DNA of 64,000 nt, from positions 416,001 to 480,000 of the forward strand of contig CAVUCU010000004.1 of the NCBI GenBank assembly GCA_963740085.1, read 5' to 3'. Below, piece after piece: positions 52,701 through 64,000 of this stretch. Within the stretch, counting starts at the first letter, position 1, and every line of letters begins with the position of its first letter. Origin of the DNA: Nitrospirota bacterium (lineage in GTDB: Bacteria > Nitrospirota > UBA9217). Below the pieces are notes generated by a model that worked only from the letters and a program-made list of their open reading frames with translations, had not been told where the DNA came from and did no database searches. Made by a program: the position numbers and the translations under genes.

Positions 52701-55700
52701 TTCCGACAATGCTTCGCAGACGGCAACAAAGGCCCTCAGCATCGTTATCAACCTCAGTGGATCAATTCTGATCATTTCATCATCGTCGAATCCCTTCAGC
52801 AGCTACTATGCCGAGATCCTTCGGGCTGAAGGACTAACCGAATTTACTGAGAAAGATATAACTTCGGTGTCTTCCACGGTGCTCGCTTCGTATGACGTGG
52901 TGATTTTGGGAGATATGGCGCTCACCTCAGGCCAGGTCACGATGCTCAGCGACTGGGTCAGCGCAGGAGGAAATCTCATTGCCATGCGCCCGGATAAGCA
53001 ACTAGCCGGCCTGCTCGGATTGACCGATCTGTCATCAACGCGTTCAAATGCTTATCTTCTCGTAAATACTGCTTCTGGTCCAGGCGTTGGGATCGTTGAT
53101 CAGACGATCCAGTACCATGGTACAGCGGACCTCTACAGTCTGAGCGGTGCTTCAAATCTTGCAACACTTTTCTCTGATGCAACGACTACGACTTCCAACC
53201 CGGCAGTCACCCTGCGAAGTGTCGGGAGCGGTCAGGCAGCGGCATTCACCTATGATCTGGCACGTTCTGTCGTCTACACCCGACAGGGAAATCCGGCCTG
53301 GGCTGGTCAGGAGCGGGACGGTTTTCCGCCGATACGCCCTGACGATCTGTTCTATGGAGCCAAAGTCGGAGATATTCAGCCAGACTGGGTCGATCTGAAC
53401 AAGGTTGCTATCCCCCAGGCTGACGAGCAACAGCGACTTTTGGCAAACCTCATTATTCAGATGAGCTTCACCAAAAAGCCCCTCCCGCGTTTCTGGTACC
53501 TGCCGAGAAACCTGAAGGCGGCCGTAGTCATGTCAGGAGATGACCATAACGGAAATGGAACTGCGGGACGCTTCGATGATCAAATTGCCATTGGTCCTTC
53601 GGGCTGTTCCGTGGATAACTGGGAGTGCATTCGGAGCACCTCGTACATCTATCCTGACAACGCGATGACAAATGGGCAAGCAGCGGCATATGATGCCTTA
53701 GGCTTCGAAATTGGAACCCATATCAGCAGCAATTGTGCAGACTGGACGCCAGTGTCATTGGAATCTTTCTTTGCCGACCAACTGAGCGCCTGGGCGGTAA
53801 AATATTCCAGTCTCCCGTCACCGGTCACGAGTCGTATGCATTGTATTGTGTGGAGTGATTATGCAACCATGCCGGCTGTGGAGCTCAATCACGGGATAAG
53901 ACTGGATACAAACTATTATTATTGGCCGCCGGGCTGGGTCCAGGATCGCCCCGGTTTCTTTACCGGATCCGGCATGCCGATGAGGTTTACCGACGCGAAT
54001 GGCAATCTCATCAACGTATATCAGGCAACCACCCAACTGACCGACGAGTCCGGCCAGACATATACTTACACGATCGATCAACTGCTGTCCAAGGCGACTG
54101 GAACTGAAGGATACTATGGTGTTTTTACAGTCAATGCACATACCGACACGGTTGTATCATCATTATCCAGTACGGTCGTCAGCTCAGCCATGGCATATTC
54201 TATTCCGGTGGTCTCATCGCGCCAGATGTTGACCTGGCTGGATGGCCGCAATGATTCGAGATTTGATTTGCTGGGATGGAGTGGCAACAACCTTAGTTTT
54301 ACTATCAGCGTCGGTCAGGGAGCGACCGGTTTAGTCGCAATGGTACCGGTACCTGATGGCAGGACGGTGACCAGTATGACTCATAATGGAAGTCCCTTCG
54401 TATCATACGACGTGACCAGGATAAAAGGTATTCAGTATGCACGATTTACCGCAGCGAATGGGAATTATACGATAGCATGGACAAAGGCGAACCAGGCTAC
54501 ACTAACAGTAGTAGTTACCCCTTCTACTGTCGCATACGGCAGCACCGCAGCGCTGAGCAGTACCGGTGGCAGCGGGACCGGAGCCGTAACCTACAGCGTG
54601 GGGGGCTCAACGGGCTGCTCAGTAGCAGGCACCACACTCTCAGTGACGAGTGTCAGCGGAACCTGCTCAGTAACAGCGACCAAGGCCGCGGACACCAACT
54701 ATAACTCAGCAACATCGTCAGCGGTGACCGTAACACTTCAGAAGGCGGACCAGACGATCACCTTTGGACCGCTTCCAATCTTGGCAGTTGGAGAACCGAA
54801 CTATCCACCTGGAGGCACAGCGAGCAGCGGTTTGACGGTCAGCTATGCGAGCTCCAATACCGCAGTGGCGACGATAGTGGGTGGCAACATCCATATTGTA
54901 AGCGCCGGGACCACGACGATCACAGCGTCACAAGCAGGCAATACAAACTACAACGCAGCTGTCCCGGTAGCGCAGGGACTGACGGTTGCACCAAACATGC
55001 AAACGATAACGGTAACCCAACACGCGCCAGCCAGTGCGGCATACAACTCTACGTTTACTGTAGCAGCGACAGCGAGTTCGACATTGCCAGTTGCGATAAC
55101 CACCTCCGGCGGATGCAGCGGCAGCGGCAGTGGATCTGCAACGATATTGATGACGAGCGGAACGACCACCTGTACGGTGAATTACAACCAGGCGGGCAGC
55201 GTCGATTTTGGGGCAGCTCAGTTGACTGAAAACACAACGGCGCAGAAGATCAATCAGGCGGCACTGACAGCCGTAGTTACCCCTGCGACCGTAGCATACG
55301 GCAGCACAGCAGCGCTGAGCACGTCCGGCGGCAGCGGGACCGGAGCAGTGACCTACAGTGCAGGCGCTTCAACAGGCTGTTCCGTAGCGGGCAGCACCTT
55401 ATCAGTGACAAGCGTTAGCGGCACCTGCTCAGTGACCGCGACAAAGGCGGCAGATACAAACTATAACGCTGCAACATCATCGGCAGCGACAGTAACGCTG
55501 TATATGGGCGGTGATCTGAACGGCGATAATGTTGTAGATATTGCCGACGCCCTCAAGGCCCTTCGCATTGCGGCGGGACTTGACGTGCCGACGGCATCAG
55601 ATATTGCCCATGGCGACGTGGCGCCTTTGGTAAATGGCATTCGCACACCTGACGGGAAGATCGATCTTGCAGACGTTGTAGCTATCCTGAGGAAGGTAGC

Positions 55701-55719
55701 AGGGCTGCCGAGCTGGTAA
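49785..55719 (+). CDS. Giant secreted protein: DMFase-beta-like domain - Ig - DUF4082 - Big_2 - He_PIG - deacetylase-like - Ig repeats - C-terminal dockerin; several frameshifts
   Basis: NPIEAENCLTG, TWQAYNSYG, SVGHDEYWS, FSAGTVQWSWGL; C-terminus GDLNGDNVVDIADAL...GDVAP...DGKIDLADVVAILRK; fragments 49761, 49960, 50271, 50834, 52867 are collinear. Confidence 0.78.
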
Positions 55720-55770
55720 CGCGATAAATACTGATATGATCGCCGAAATAATATTAATGGAGAATAAACA

Positions 55771-56338
55771 ATGAAAAAAATCGCCATATCAAGCCTGCTG
55801 ATTCTTGCCCTAACACTCACTGTGCTGTCAGCCTGCGGTGGTGGTGGCGGAGGAGGGGGTGCAACACTGACACAGCCTACAAGCGCGGTTCTCACGCTTT
55901 CGACTTCGGATACCGGCACTATTCCATTCCGGTAACGACCACCATAAACAGTTATAACGTCACGATAACGCTCCCTGCCGGTGTGACGGTAAAGAGTACA
56001 GTGAGTCCGCCTGAAACGGATACCGGTGTTGTGACTGCATCAGGAAAGGCATCAGGCGCTTTGATTATCGGGGTCTATACCGCGGCAACAGGTACATTCC
56101 CAGCAACGGTGAAGCTCTACTGTGGTCAAAGTAGAGCCAACTACTGGAGCCGGTTTTGATCCTGGAGAGTTTTGTACGGTAAATGCGACATCGCTGCGGG
56201 CTATTATCCGGCAGCATCGAATTTTGTTCAGCCAACACTCGATGATGCTTCCGGTATCGATAGCAGCATTCCACTTCCGCATCTACCATTATTCTGACCG
56301 GGCAACTGGCCGTGTCATCAACAGCGGTTGTTCAATAA
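55771..56338 (+). CDS. Small lipoprotein, candidate cohesin-like partner; several frameshifts, absent from the ORF track
   Basis: GGAG RBS; MKKIAISSLLILALTLTVLSAC-GGGGGGGG lipobox; beta-rich pieces AVLTLST, YNVTITLPAGVTV, GFDPGEF.TVN across frames. Confidence 0.6.
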
Positions 56339-56471
56339 GAGGTCGGTATCATGAAACATTGCCATTCAACTACTTCACGGGCAAGGGTGTGGCAGTCTAC
56401 CGCTGCGTGTCCTGATCGACGGGATGTGCATTTTCGTCGGATTTCTTTAATTTAAATTTAGTGAAAAAAAC

Positions 56472-59400
56472 ATGAAAAGCTATAACTTGCATTCAAAACC
56501 TATTCTTGTGCTTGTCGTTGCGTTGTTTTTTACATCTGCTATTTCTGCTTACGCCGCCACCTTAAGCGTTGACGGCGCGCAGAAATTCCAGACAATGGAC
56601 GGCTTTGGTGTAAATGCCAATTCTCTGAGCTGGAATAATGGAGAACTTGTGCCGGCAATTGATATGCTGGCTGACGAGATGGGTTCGACCCTGTGGCGTG
56701 TTGTCTTCGATATGGAGGATTGGGAGTCTACTAACGACAACTCCGATCCAAACGTATTTAATTGGGATTATTATAATGGAGTTTATTCAAATTCAAAATT
56801 CCAGAATTTGTGGGGAACGATCGGCTATCTGAATCAAAAGGGCATTTCTTCAGGGATCATGCTAAGTCTGATGGGCAGGGTTCCCAGTTGGATGGATAGC
56901 GTAAACCATAACGGCAGCAAGCTTGATGTTGCATACGAAGATGAATGGGTGGAAATGGTTGCTTCGCTTCTCTACTATGCCAGAAACACGATGCATCTAT
57001 CTTTCTCTCAGATTGATCCATTGAATGAAACGGATTGGGACGGATACGAAGGTCCGCAGATTGATCAGTACCAATACGCAAGACTTCTCAATAAACTTTC
57101 ACAAAAACTGGACTCCATCGGATTAAGCGATATAAAAATAGTCGGCCCGAATACCGCGTCGATAAATACAGGCGTAACAAATTACATGCCGGAGATGATG
57201 CGAGACAGTGTCGTAATGTCAAAAGTGGATCATTTTGGATTTCATAATTATTCTGCATATGCAGACGGGGCTGATCAAGCTATAAAAAGTTCTCCATATC
57301 CCGATAGGAACTTTTATATGACAGAATTGTCTTTGCCCTTTGATGTACTCACCATGATACCTCAAGGGCCCTCGGGGTTCCATGTCTGGGATGGTTATGA
57401 TAGCGTTTACAATCATGCGATTATAAGGGGGAGTGGTTCCACTCCGCCCAATGACGCTGGAAATGGTCCGGCACCTCTTGCCTACGACACGACAACAGGA
57501 GCATACTCGCCGAGAAAATGTTATTATCAGTTCGAACAGATTTTCAAATATATACCTTCCGGATCTGTCAGGATAGCAGCAACGCAGTCCAATGGGAACG
57601 TCGTTATTTCCGCATATTATCATCAGCTGAGCGGACGAGTGACCATAATAGGAGGTAATTCGGGATCGGGAACAATTTCGTATACAGGAACACTCGCGAA
57701 TCTGCCGGGTATGAGCGCTTTACAGTTTTATTGGACAAGCAACTCCGACCCTTCAAAAAATTTCTTCAGAGATATTGACATTGCCGTAACGAACGGAACG
57801 TTTGCGTTCAACGCGCCGTCGAACAGTATATTTACGCTGACCGGGCTCGTAAACGGCGCGGATATTACTCCTCCCCTGGTTTCGATAACAGCGCCAACTG
57901 ACGGCGCCACGGTCAGCAATACGACGACAATATCATCATCCGCAACTGATACGGTCGGCGTTGCTGCAGTCCGCTTTTTGCTTAACGGCGCCAATCTGGG
58001 CAGTGAAATTACTTCTCCTCCTTATAACCTGTTATGGGACACAAGAACAGTTGCAAATGGTAATTATCAGCTTTCAGCAATGGCGCGAGATATAAGTGGC
58101 AACACAGCGACATCTTCTCCGATCAATGTTATCGTTTCAAACCAGGACATTGTCCCCCCGACAGTCTCCATAACCAGCCCGCTGCAAAATGCCTCGGTTG
58201 CCGGAATTTTATCTGTAATTGCTGCTGCAGCCGACAATGTCGGGGTGGCTGGCGTGCAATTCCTGCTGGATGGTGCAGCGTTCGGACCGGAGATCAGAAC
58301 TGCGCCTTACACCACGTTTATGGACACGACGATCATCAGTGATGGTACCCATACGGTCGCTGCGATTGCGCGGGATAATTCAGGTAATACAGCTACAAGC
58401 CAATCCGTATCGTTTAATGTAATAAACAATCCGGGAACTGTCTTTCCGATAAATTTAGTTCAAAAGGCGTCCAACATAACCTCAAGCGCACAGAATCTGG
58501 CCACAACAATGCCTTCACCAGTCGCGATAGGAGATCTCATCGTGGTTTCCGTATCGGGTTGGCCCAATCTGCCGGCCTCGACTGCCGTTACCGACAGCCT
58601 GGGAAATACCTATAGCATTGCCGGGACTGTTCTTACTTCTCAAGGGGCTTACAGTGCCATTTACTACGCAAAGAACGTACGCGGGGGGGCCAATACCGTT
58701 ACCGTCAATACCGTCAGCTCCGGAGGCCAGATATCAATGGCAGTAGCCGAATTCTCCGGAGTGGACACGGTTTCTCCGCTCGACAGGACAGCCGGGACCG
58801 TGGGATCGGGGAATACTCCTTCTTCCGGAAATATGATCCCGAGTTCAGCTGGTGATCTTCTTGTCGGTTCCGGGACCCATAACGGCAACACCGTGACAAC
58901 TGCCGGAACCGGCTTTACGATGATCGCGGTGCCGACAGAAGATTCGAATACCCATCAGCCGCTTGCCATGGAATATCAGGTTCTGACCGGGACCCCGCAG
59001 ACTACGGCAACGTTCAATTTAGCCACCGGTTATCCATGGACGCAGAACGGGGTGTTGTTCAAAGCAGCTGTTCAGCAAGGACCTGACACCTCTCCACCAA
59101 CCGTCTCGATCACTTCGCCTCAGAATGGCTCAACAGTTTCTGCCGCAGTCATGGTATCCGCCACTGCCTCCGACAATGTCGGCGTTACAAAAGTGGAGTT
59201 TTATCTCGACGCTGTTCTTCAGGCAATGAGCACGTCATCTCCTTACGTATGGTCTTGGAACACCCTGCTGATTTCGAATGGATCACATACACTCACAGCC
59301 ATGGCGTATGACGCGGCGGGAAACGTGGGGCAATCCAGCACCATAACCGTAACGGTGTTCAATGATACACTGGCGCCAACCGTTACCGTATCTGCTCCAG

Positions 59401-61778
59401 ACAATAATACAACAGTCAGCGGTTCGGTTACGGTCACTGCCGTCGCTATCGACAATGTGGGCGTGAGCAAGGTAGAGTTCTATGTAAACGGCACTTTGCA
59501 AGCCACGGATACAACTTCTCCCTTCAGTTTCAGTTGGAATACCACAACAATTGCAAATGGCCCCTACATCCTGACAGCCAGGGCCTATGACGCCGCCGGT
59601 AATATTGGATCGAGCAACATCGTTACCGTCACGGTCTCAAACCCGTTGGCAGGCATCGCACTGGTTCAAAAGGCATCCAACATAACCTCAAGCGCACAGA
59701 ATCTGGCCACAACAATGCCTTCACCAGTCGCGATAGGAGATCTCATCGTGGTTTCCGTATCGGGTTGGCCCAATCTGCCGGCCTCGACTGCCGTTACCGA
59801 CAGCCTCGGAAATACCTATAGCATTGCCGGGACTGTTCTTACTTCTCAAGGGGCTTACAGTGCCATTTACTACGCAAAGAACGTACGCGGGGGGACCAAT
59901 ACGGTTACCGTCAATACCGTCAGCTCCGGAGGCCAGATATCAATGGCAGTAGCTGAATTCTCCGGAGTGGACACGGTTTCTCCGCTCGACAGGACAGCCG
60001 GGACCGTGGGATCGGGGAATACTCCTTCTTCCGGAAATATGATCCCGAGTTCAGCTGGTGATCTTCTTGTCGGTTCCGGGACCCATAACGGCAACACCGT
60101 GACAACTGCCGGAACCGGCTTTACGATGATCGCGGTGCCGACAGAAGATTCAAATACCCATCAGCCGCTTGCCATGGAATATCAGGTTCTGACCGGGACC
60201 CCGCAGACTACGGCAACGTTCAATTTAGCCACCGGCTACCCATGGACGCAGAACGGGGTGTTGTTTAAGCCGGCCGTGCAACAAGGATCTGACACCGTTT
60301 CACCCACGGTGACCGCGTTCACTATTCCCGCCACTGCTAATACGCTTACCGTAGCGATCAGCAGTTTCATAGCCACGGACAACGTTGGGGTGACCGGCTA
60401 CCTGGTCACTGAATCGACCGCCACTCCTTTGGCAACGGACGGTGGGTGGACGGCTGCCGCCCCGACGTCCTACACCTTCACAACAGCAGGTAATAAGACC
60501 CTCTATGCCTGGGCAAAGGATGTTGCCGGCAATGTATCGGCAAGCTTGAGTGCTTCCAATATAAAATCATTGATAAACGCCGCCGACCGTGACGGCATTT
60601 ACTATTCCGGCAATAGCTTCTGCTCTCACGATATCGATCACCACCTTCACTGCCACGGACAACGTTGGGGTGACCGGCTACCTGGTCACTGAATCGACCG
60701 CCACTCCTTTGGCAACGGGCGGTGGGTGGACGGCTACCGCCCCGACGTCCTACACCTTCACAACAGCGGGCAGTAAAACCCTCTATGCCTGGGCCAAAGA
60801 CGTTGCCGGGAACGTATCGGCAAGCAGGAGTGCTTCCGTTACTATTACGCTCCCCGATACGACGCCGCCCACAGCGCCGACCAATTTGACAGCAATAGCC
60901 AGTGGTCCGACACAGGTCAATTTGAACTGGACGGCATCGACTGACAATATTGGTGTGGCGGGCTATCGGATTATGCGCAATGGGAGTCCAAATTGCGACC
61001 AGCAGCATCACCAATTTATTCAGACACGACTGTCGCAGCCGGCACGACCTATAGTTATATTGTTCGGGCCTATGATGCGGCCGGAAACGTATCGCCCGAT
61101 TCAAACACCGCCTCCGTAACAACGCCAACAGTGTCTTCGGCTCCTGTCCTCGATAAAACCGTAACGACCAAACAGGCGTCCGGCAGCGGCAGCATTAGTT
61201 CGCCAGGTATAACTACCGCTCAACCAAACGAGCTTCTGGTAGCCTTTATCGCTTCAGACGGACCGACGACTGGCGGCTCGCAGCGGATTACCGCTGTTAC
61301 CGGTGGAGGGCTGACGTGGACATTGCGAGCACGCGCCAATGCCCAGGCCGGGACTGCCGAGATTTGGTCGGCAGCCGCGACGAATGTGGTAACGAACGCG
61401 ATTGTTACGGCCACCCGGACCACCGGCTCGTATCAAGGGATGATTACCGTTGCCGCCTTCCAGGGGGCTAGCTTGACTGTGAATGGTGCTGCCGCGAACG
61501 CCAGTGCGTCCAGTGGAGCACCTTCGGTCACACTGACGACAACTAAGGCGAATTCATTGGTTTGGGGTATTGGTGATGATTGGGACAGGGCAGTTGCCCG
61601 TACGGTCAGTGCGAATCAGACGAAATTCAGCGAGTATCTCTCCCCATCAAGTGATACCTTCTGGGTCCAGTACGTAACTGCACCGTCCGCCGCTGCTGGT
61701 GTGACTGCAACAATTTCTTGTAGCGCTCCAACCAATGATCGGTGGAACCTTGCAGCTTTTGAAATACTTCCGAAATAA
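56472..61778 (+). CDS. Giant secreted GH30-like (clan GH-A) glycoside hydrolase with Big_7-like Ig, duplicated ~200-aa domain and FN3; frameshifts near 60580 and 61000
   Basis: Signal peptide; QTMDGFGVN, DPLNETD (acid/base), FYMTEL (nucleophile); four DNVGV..V.F..DG Ig domains; fragments 60589 and 60993 continue it. Confidence 0.78.
58458..60275 (+). repeat. Two near-identical ~600-bp copies (58458-59060 and 59664-60266)
   Basis: GTTCAAAAGGC..AACATAACCTCAAGCGCACAG at 58458 and 59664, 1206 bp apart. Confidence 0.93.
60306..60837 (+). repeat. Tandem duplication, 280-bp spacing
   Basis: CCACGGACAACGTTGGGGTGACCGGCTACC at 60373 and 60653; spacing not a multiple of 3, matching the frameshift. Confidence 0.9.
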
Positions 61779-61827
61779 ACCTTGTGGATTGACCACCCAA
61801 AAGTGAAAAGAGCCTGAACGCACCCAG

Positions 61828-63408
61828 ATGATATCAAATCCTCACGACAGTACACTCCTGGCTTCTTCTCCTCAAGATATGCCTCAAACAGCTGAGACGG
61901 CCACGGCTGAGAAACACACCTACGGTCAGATCCTGAAGTCCTCGGCGTTGATCGGGGGCTCATCGGTGATCAACATCGGTATTGGGATCATTCGTACCAA
62001 GGCGATGGCGATGTTGCTGGGTCCGGCCGGGTTCGGTTTGATGGGTGTGTACACGTCGATTGCCAATCTGGCTCAAAGTATTGCCGGTATGGGCATCAAC
62101 AGCAGCGGCGTGCGCCAGATCGCCGAGGCGGTCGGTTCGGGCGAAACAGAGCGGATCGCGCGAACCGCCGTTGTGCTGCGAAAAACCGCCATCTTTCTGG
62201 GGATATTGGGCGCTCTTTTACTGGTCGTATTTTCCAGACAGGTGTCCGCCTTGACCTTTGGGGACGACCAGCACGCCGGTGCCGTAGCTCTGTTGTCTCT
62301 TGCGGTGTTCTTCAGTTTAGTGTCCGGTGGTCAGGGTGCATTGATCCAGGGAATGCGGCGCATCGCTGATCTCGCGAGAATGGGGGTCCTGGGCACGTTT
62401 TTTGGTTTGGTGATCAGCATCCCCCTGGTATATTTCTTTCGCGAGAAAGGGGTAGTGCCATCACTCATAGGCGTTGCCGCGATGACGATCGCTACCTCAT
62501 GGTGGTACAGCCGGAAGGTGCAGATCATTCCCCCCGCGATGACGTCCTCCCAGGTCAGGCATGAAGCAGCCTTACTATTAAAACTTGGCTTCGCATTCAT
62601 GGCAAGCGGGTTTCTTACACTTGGCGCTGCCTACGCGGTCCGCACCATGGTACTCAGGATGGCAGGGCTTGAGGCAGCCGGATACTATCAGGCTGCCTGG
62701 ACCCTGGGAGGTCTGTATGTCGGGTTCATTTTGCAGGCAATGGGAGCGGACTTTTATCCGCGGTTGACCGGAGTGGCCAGGGACAATGCCGAGTGCAATC
62801 GCCTGGTGAACGAACAGGCGCAGATCAGCCTGCTGCTGGCGGGACCCGGCGTGATCGCCACTCTCACTTTTGCATCCGTGGTGATCGCCGTGTTCTACAG
62901 CACAAAGTTTGGTGCGGCGGTAGAAGTCCTGCGTTGGATCTGTCTTGGCACGACCCTCCAGGTTATCACCTGGCCGATGGGCTATATTATCGTGGCCAAA
63001 GGCGAGCAAAACATCTTTTTTTGGGCCGAACTTGCCTGGACAGTCGTCAATGTAGGTTTTTCGTGGATCTGTGTAAGATCATTCGGCTTGAACGGCGCCG
63101 GCATTGCATTTTTTGCATCATACATCTTTCACTGGCTTTTGATCTATCCGATCGTTCGGCGGCTCAGTGGTTTTCGCTGGTCGGCAGCGAACAGACAAAC
63201 GGGTCTGGTCTTTCTGTCCCTGATCGCGGTAGTGTTCTGCACGTTTTATCTGGTTCCTTTCTGGTATGCAATCGCAGTCGGGATGTTGGCCGCGATTTTC
63301 AGTGGTGTTTATTCGCTTCGTGTGATCACTAATCTCATATCCCTGGACCGGATTCCGCATCGCATCCGGCAGTTGCTACTGTGGTTCGGCGTTGCCGCAG
63401 GCTCTTAA
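61828..63408 (+). CDS. wzx: O-antigen/EPS flippase (translocase)
   Basis: Polytopic membrane protein; RTKAMAMLLGPAGFG, AGYYQAAW, DFYPRL. Confidence 0.88.
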   Translation: MISNPHDSTLLASSPQDMPQTAETATAEKHTYGQILKSSALIGGSSVINIGIGIIRTKAMAMLLGPAGFGLMGVYTSIANLAQSIAGMGINSSGVRQIAEAVGSGETERIARTAVVLRKTAIFLGILGALLLVVFSRQVSALTFGDDQHAGAVALLSLAVFFSLVSGGQGALIQGMRRIADLARMGVLGTFFGLVISIPLVYFFREKGVVPSLIGVAAMTIATSWWYSRKVQIIPPAMTSSQVRHEAALLLKLGFAFMASGFLTLGAAYAVRTMVLRMAGLEAAGYYQAAWTLGGLYVGFILQAMGADFYPRLTGVARDNAECNRLVNEQAQISLLLAGPGVIATLTFASVVIAVFYSTKFGAAVEVLRWICLGTTLQVITWPMGYIIVAKGEQNIFFWAELAWTVVNVGFSWICVRSFGLNGAGIAFFASYIFHWLLIYPIVRRLSGFRWSAANRQTGLVFLSLIAVVFCTFYLVPFWYAIAVGMLAAIFSGVYSLRVITNLISLDRIPHRIRQLLLWFGVAAGS

Positions 63409-63467
63409 ATGCCCGTAATTTACTGCTTACAAGTAAGTATCATAAGAATATATGAGAGGTTTGTGCA

Positions 63468-64000
63468 ATGAGCTCTGTCGATGTGATCGTGCCCTGTTAC
63501 CGTTACGGACATTTTCTGCGAGAGTGCGTTGAAAGTGTTCTTGCTCAGTCAGTGAAGAATGTTCGCGTTCTGATCATCGACGATGCTTCGCCCGATAACA
63601 CGGCTGAAGTGGCTGGCCGATCTCGTTAAAAAAGACCCCAGAGTAAACTTCTTGCGGCATGCTGTCAACAAAGGACACATCGCAACATATAACGAAGGGA
63701 TCGAATGGGTTTCTGCGGACTATATGCTGCTTCTTTCTGCGGACGATTACTTGTTGCCGGGTGCGCTCAACCGCTCTGCAATCTTATGGATGCACACCCC
63801 GAAGTTGGTTTTACCTTTGGCAGGGCCATCACGCTTGATGATCCGGTACGAAAAGTCAAACACAGACCGTCACAGACAAAGCGGACCAGCGCATCTTGAC
63901 AGGGTTGGAATTCATTGAACTCAGTGGATCGCGCAACATTGTTCCAACGCCTACTGCCGTAGTCCGGACAGAACTACAGAAAAGACTGGGAGGATATCTC
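63468..64000 (+). CDS. GT2 glycosyltransferase, 3' truncated, frameshifts near 63615 and 63780
   Basis: MSSVDVIVPCYRYG, IIDDASPDNT, LLSADDYL; GAGG RBS. Confidence 0.85.

Overview
Bacterial window, almost entirely + strand. Gene content and repeat types suggest an anaerobic Nitrospirota/Desulfobacterota-like organism (inference). It has four blocks. (1) 1-13.9 kb: 3' part of an unusual-lipid (ladderane-like/aryl-polyene-like) type II FAS/PKS cluster with three B12-dependent radical SAM genes, KS + chain-length factor, two ACPs, GT2-DUF2062, an acyltransferase, a stand-alone HxxxD acyltransferase, an AMP ligase and an FAD oxidoreductase. (2) 14.1-17.4 kb: rhomboid, Zn-ribbon response regulator, tRNA-Pro, sigma70-family factor, tRNA-Arg. 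(3) 17.4-25.4 kb: AT-richer region with a four-gene c-di-GMP/partner-switching operon (PocR-GAF-GGDEF, STAND-like ATPase fused to an RsbW-like kinase, STAS, GAF-HD-GYP), a tiny ERR/DRR-repeat protein, PEP-CTERM-like mini genes and a sigma54 + TGT-N11-ACA regulon. (4) 25.6-64 kb: PEP-CTERM-type Wzx/Wzy exopolysaccharide locus with a NusG paralog, a priming transferase bearing a degenerate GGDEF domain, amino-sugar genes and four giant modular secreted proteins (Ig repeats, metallohydrolase, duplicated deacetylase-like domain, DMFase-beta-like domain, GH30-like domain), one ending in a dockerin followed by a candidate cohesin lipoprotein. Many single-base frameshifts, mostly beyond 28 kb, look like assembly indels. 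All family calls are from motif recognition by eye; no database searches were run.
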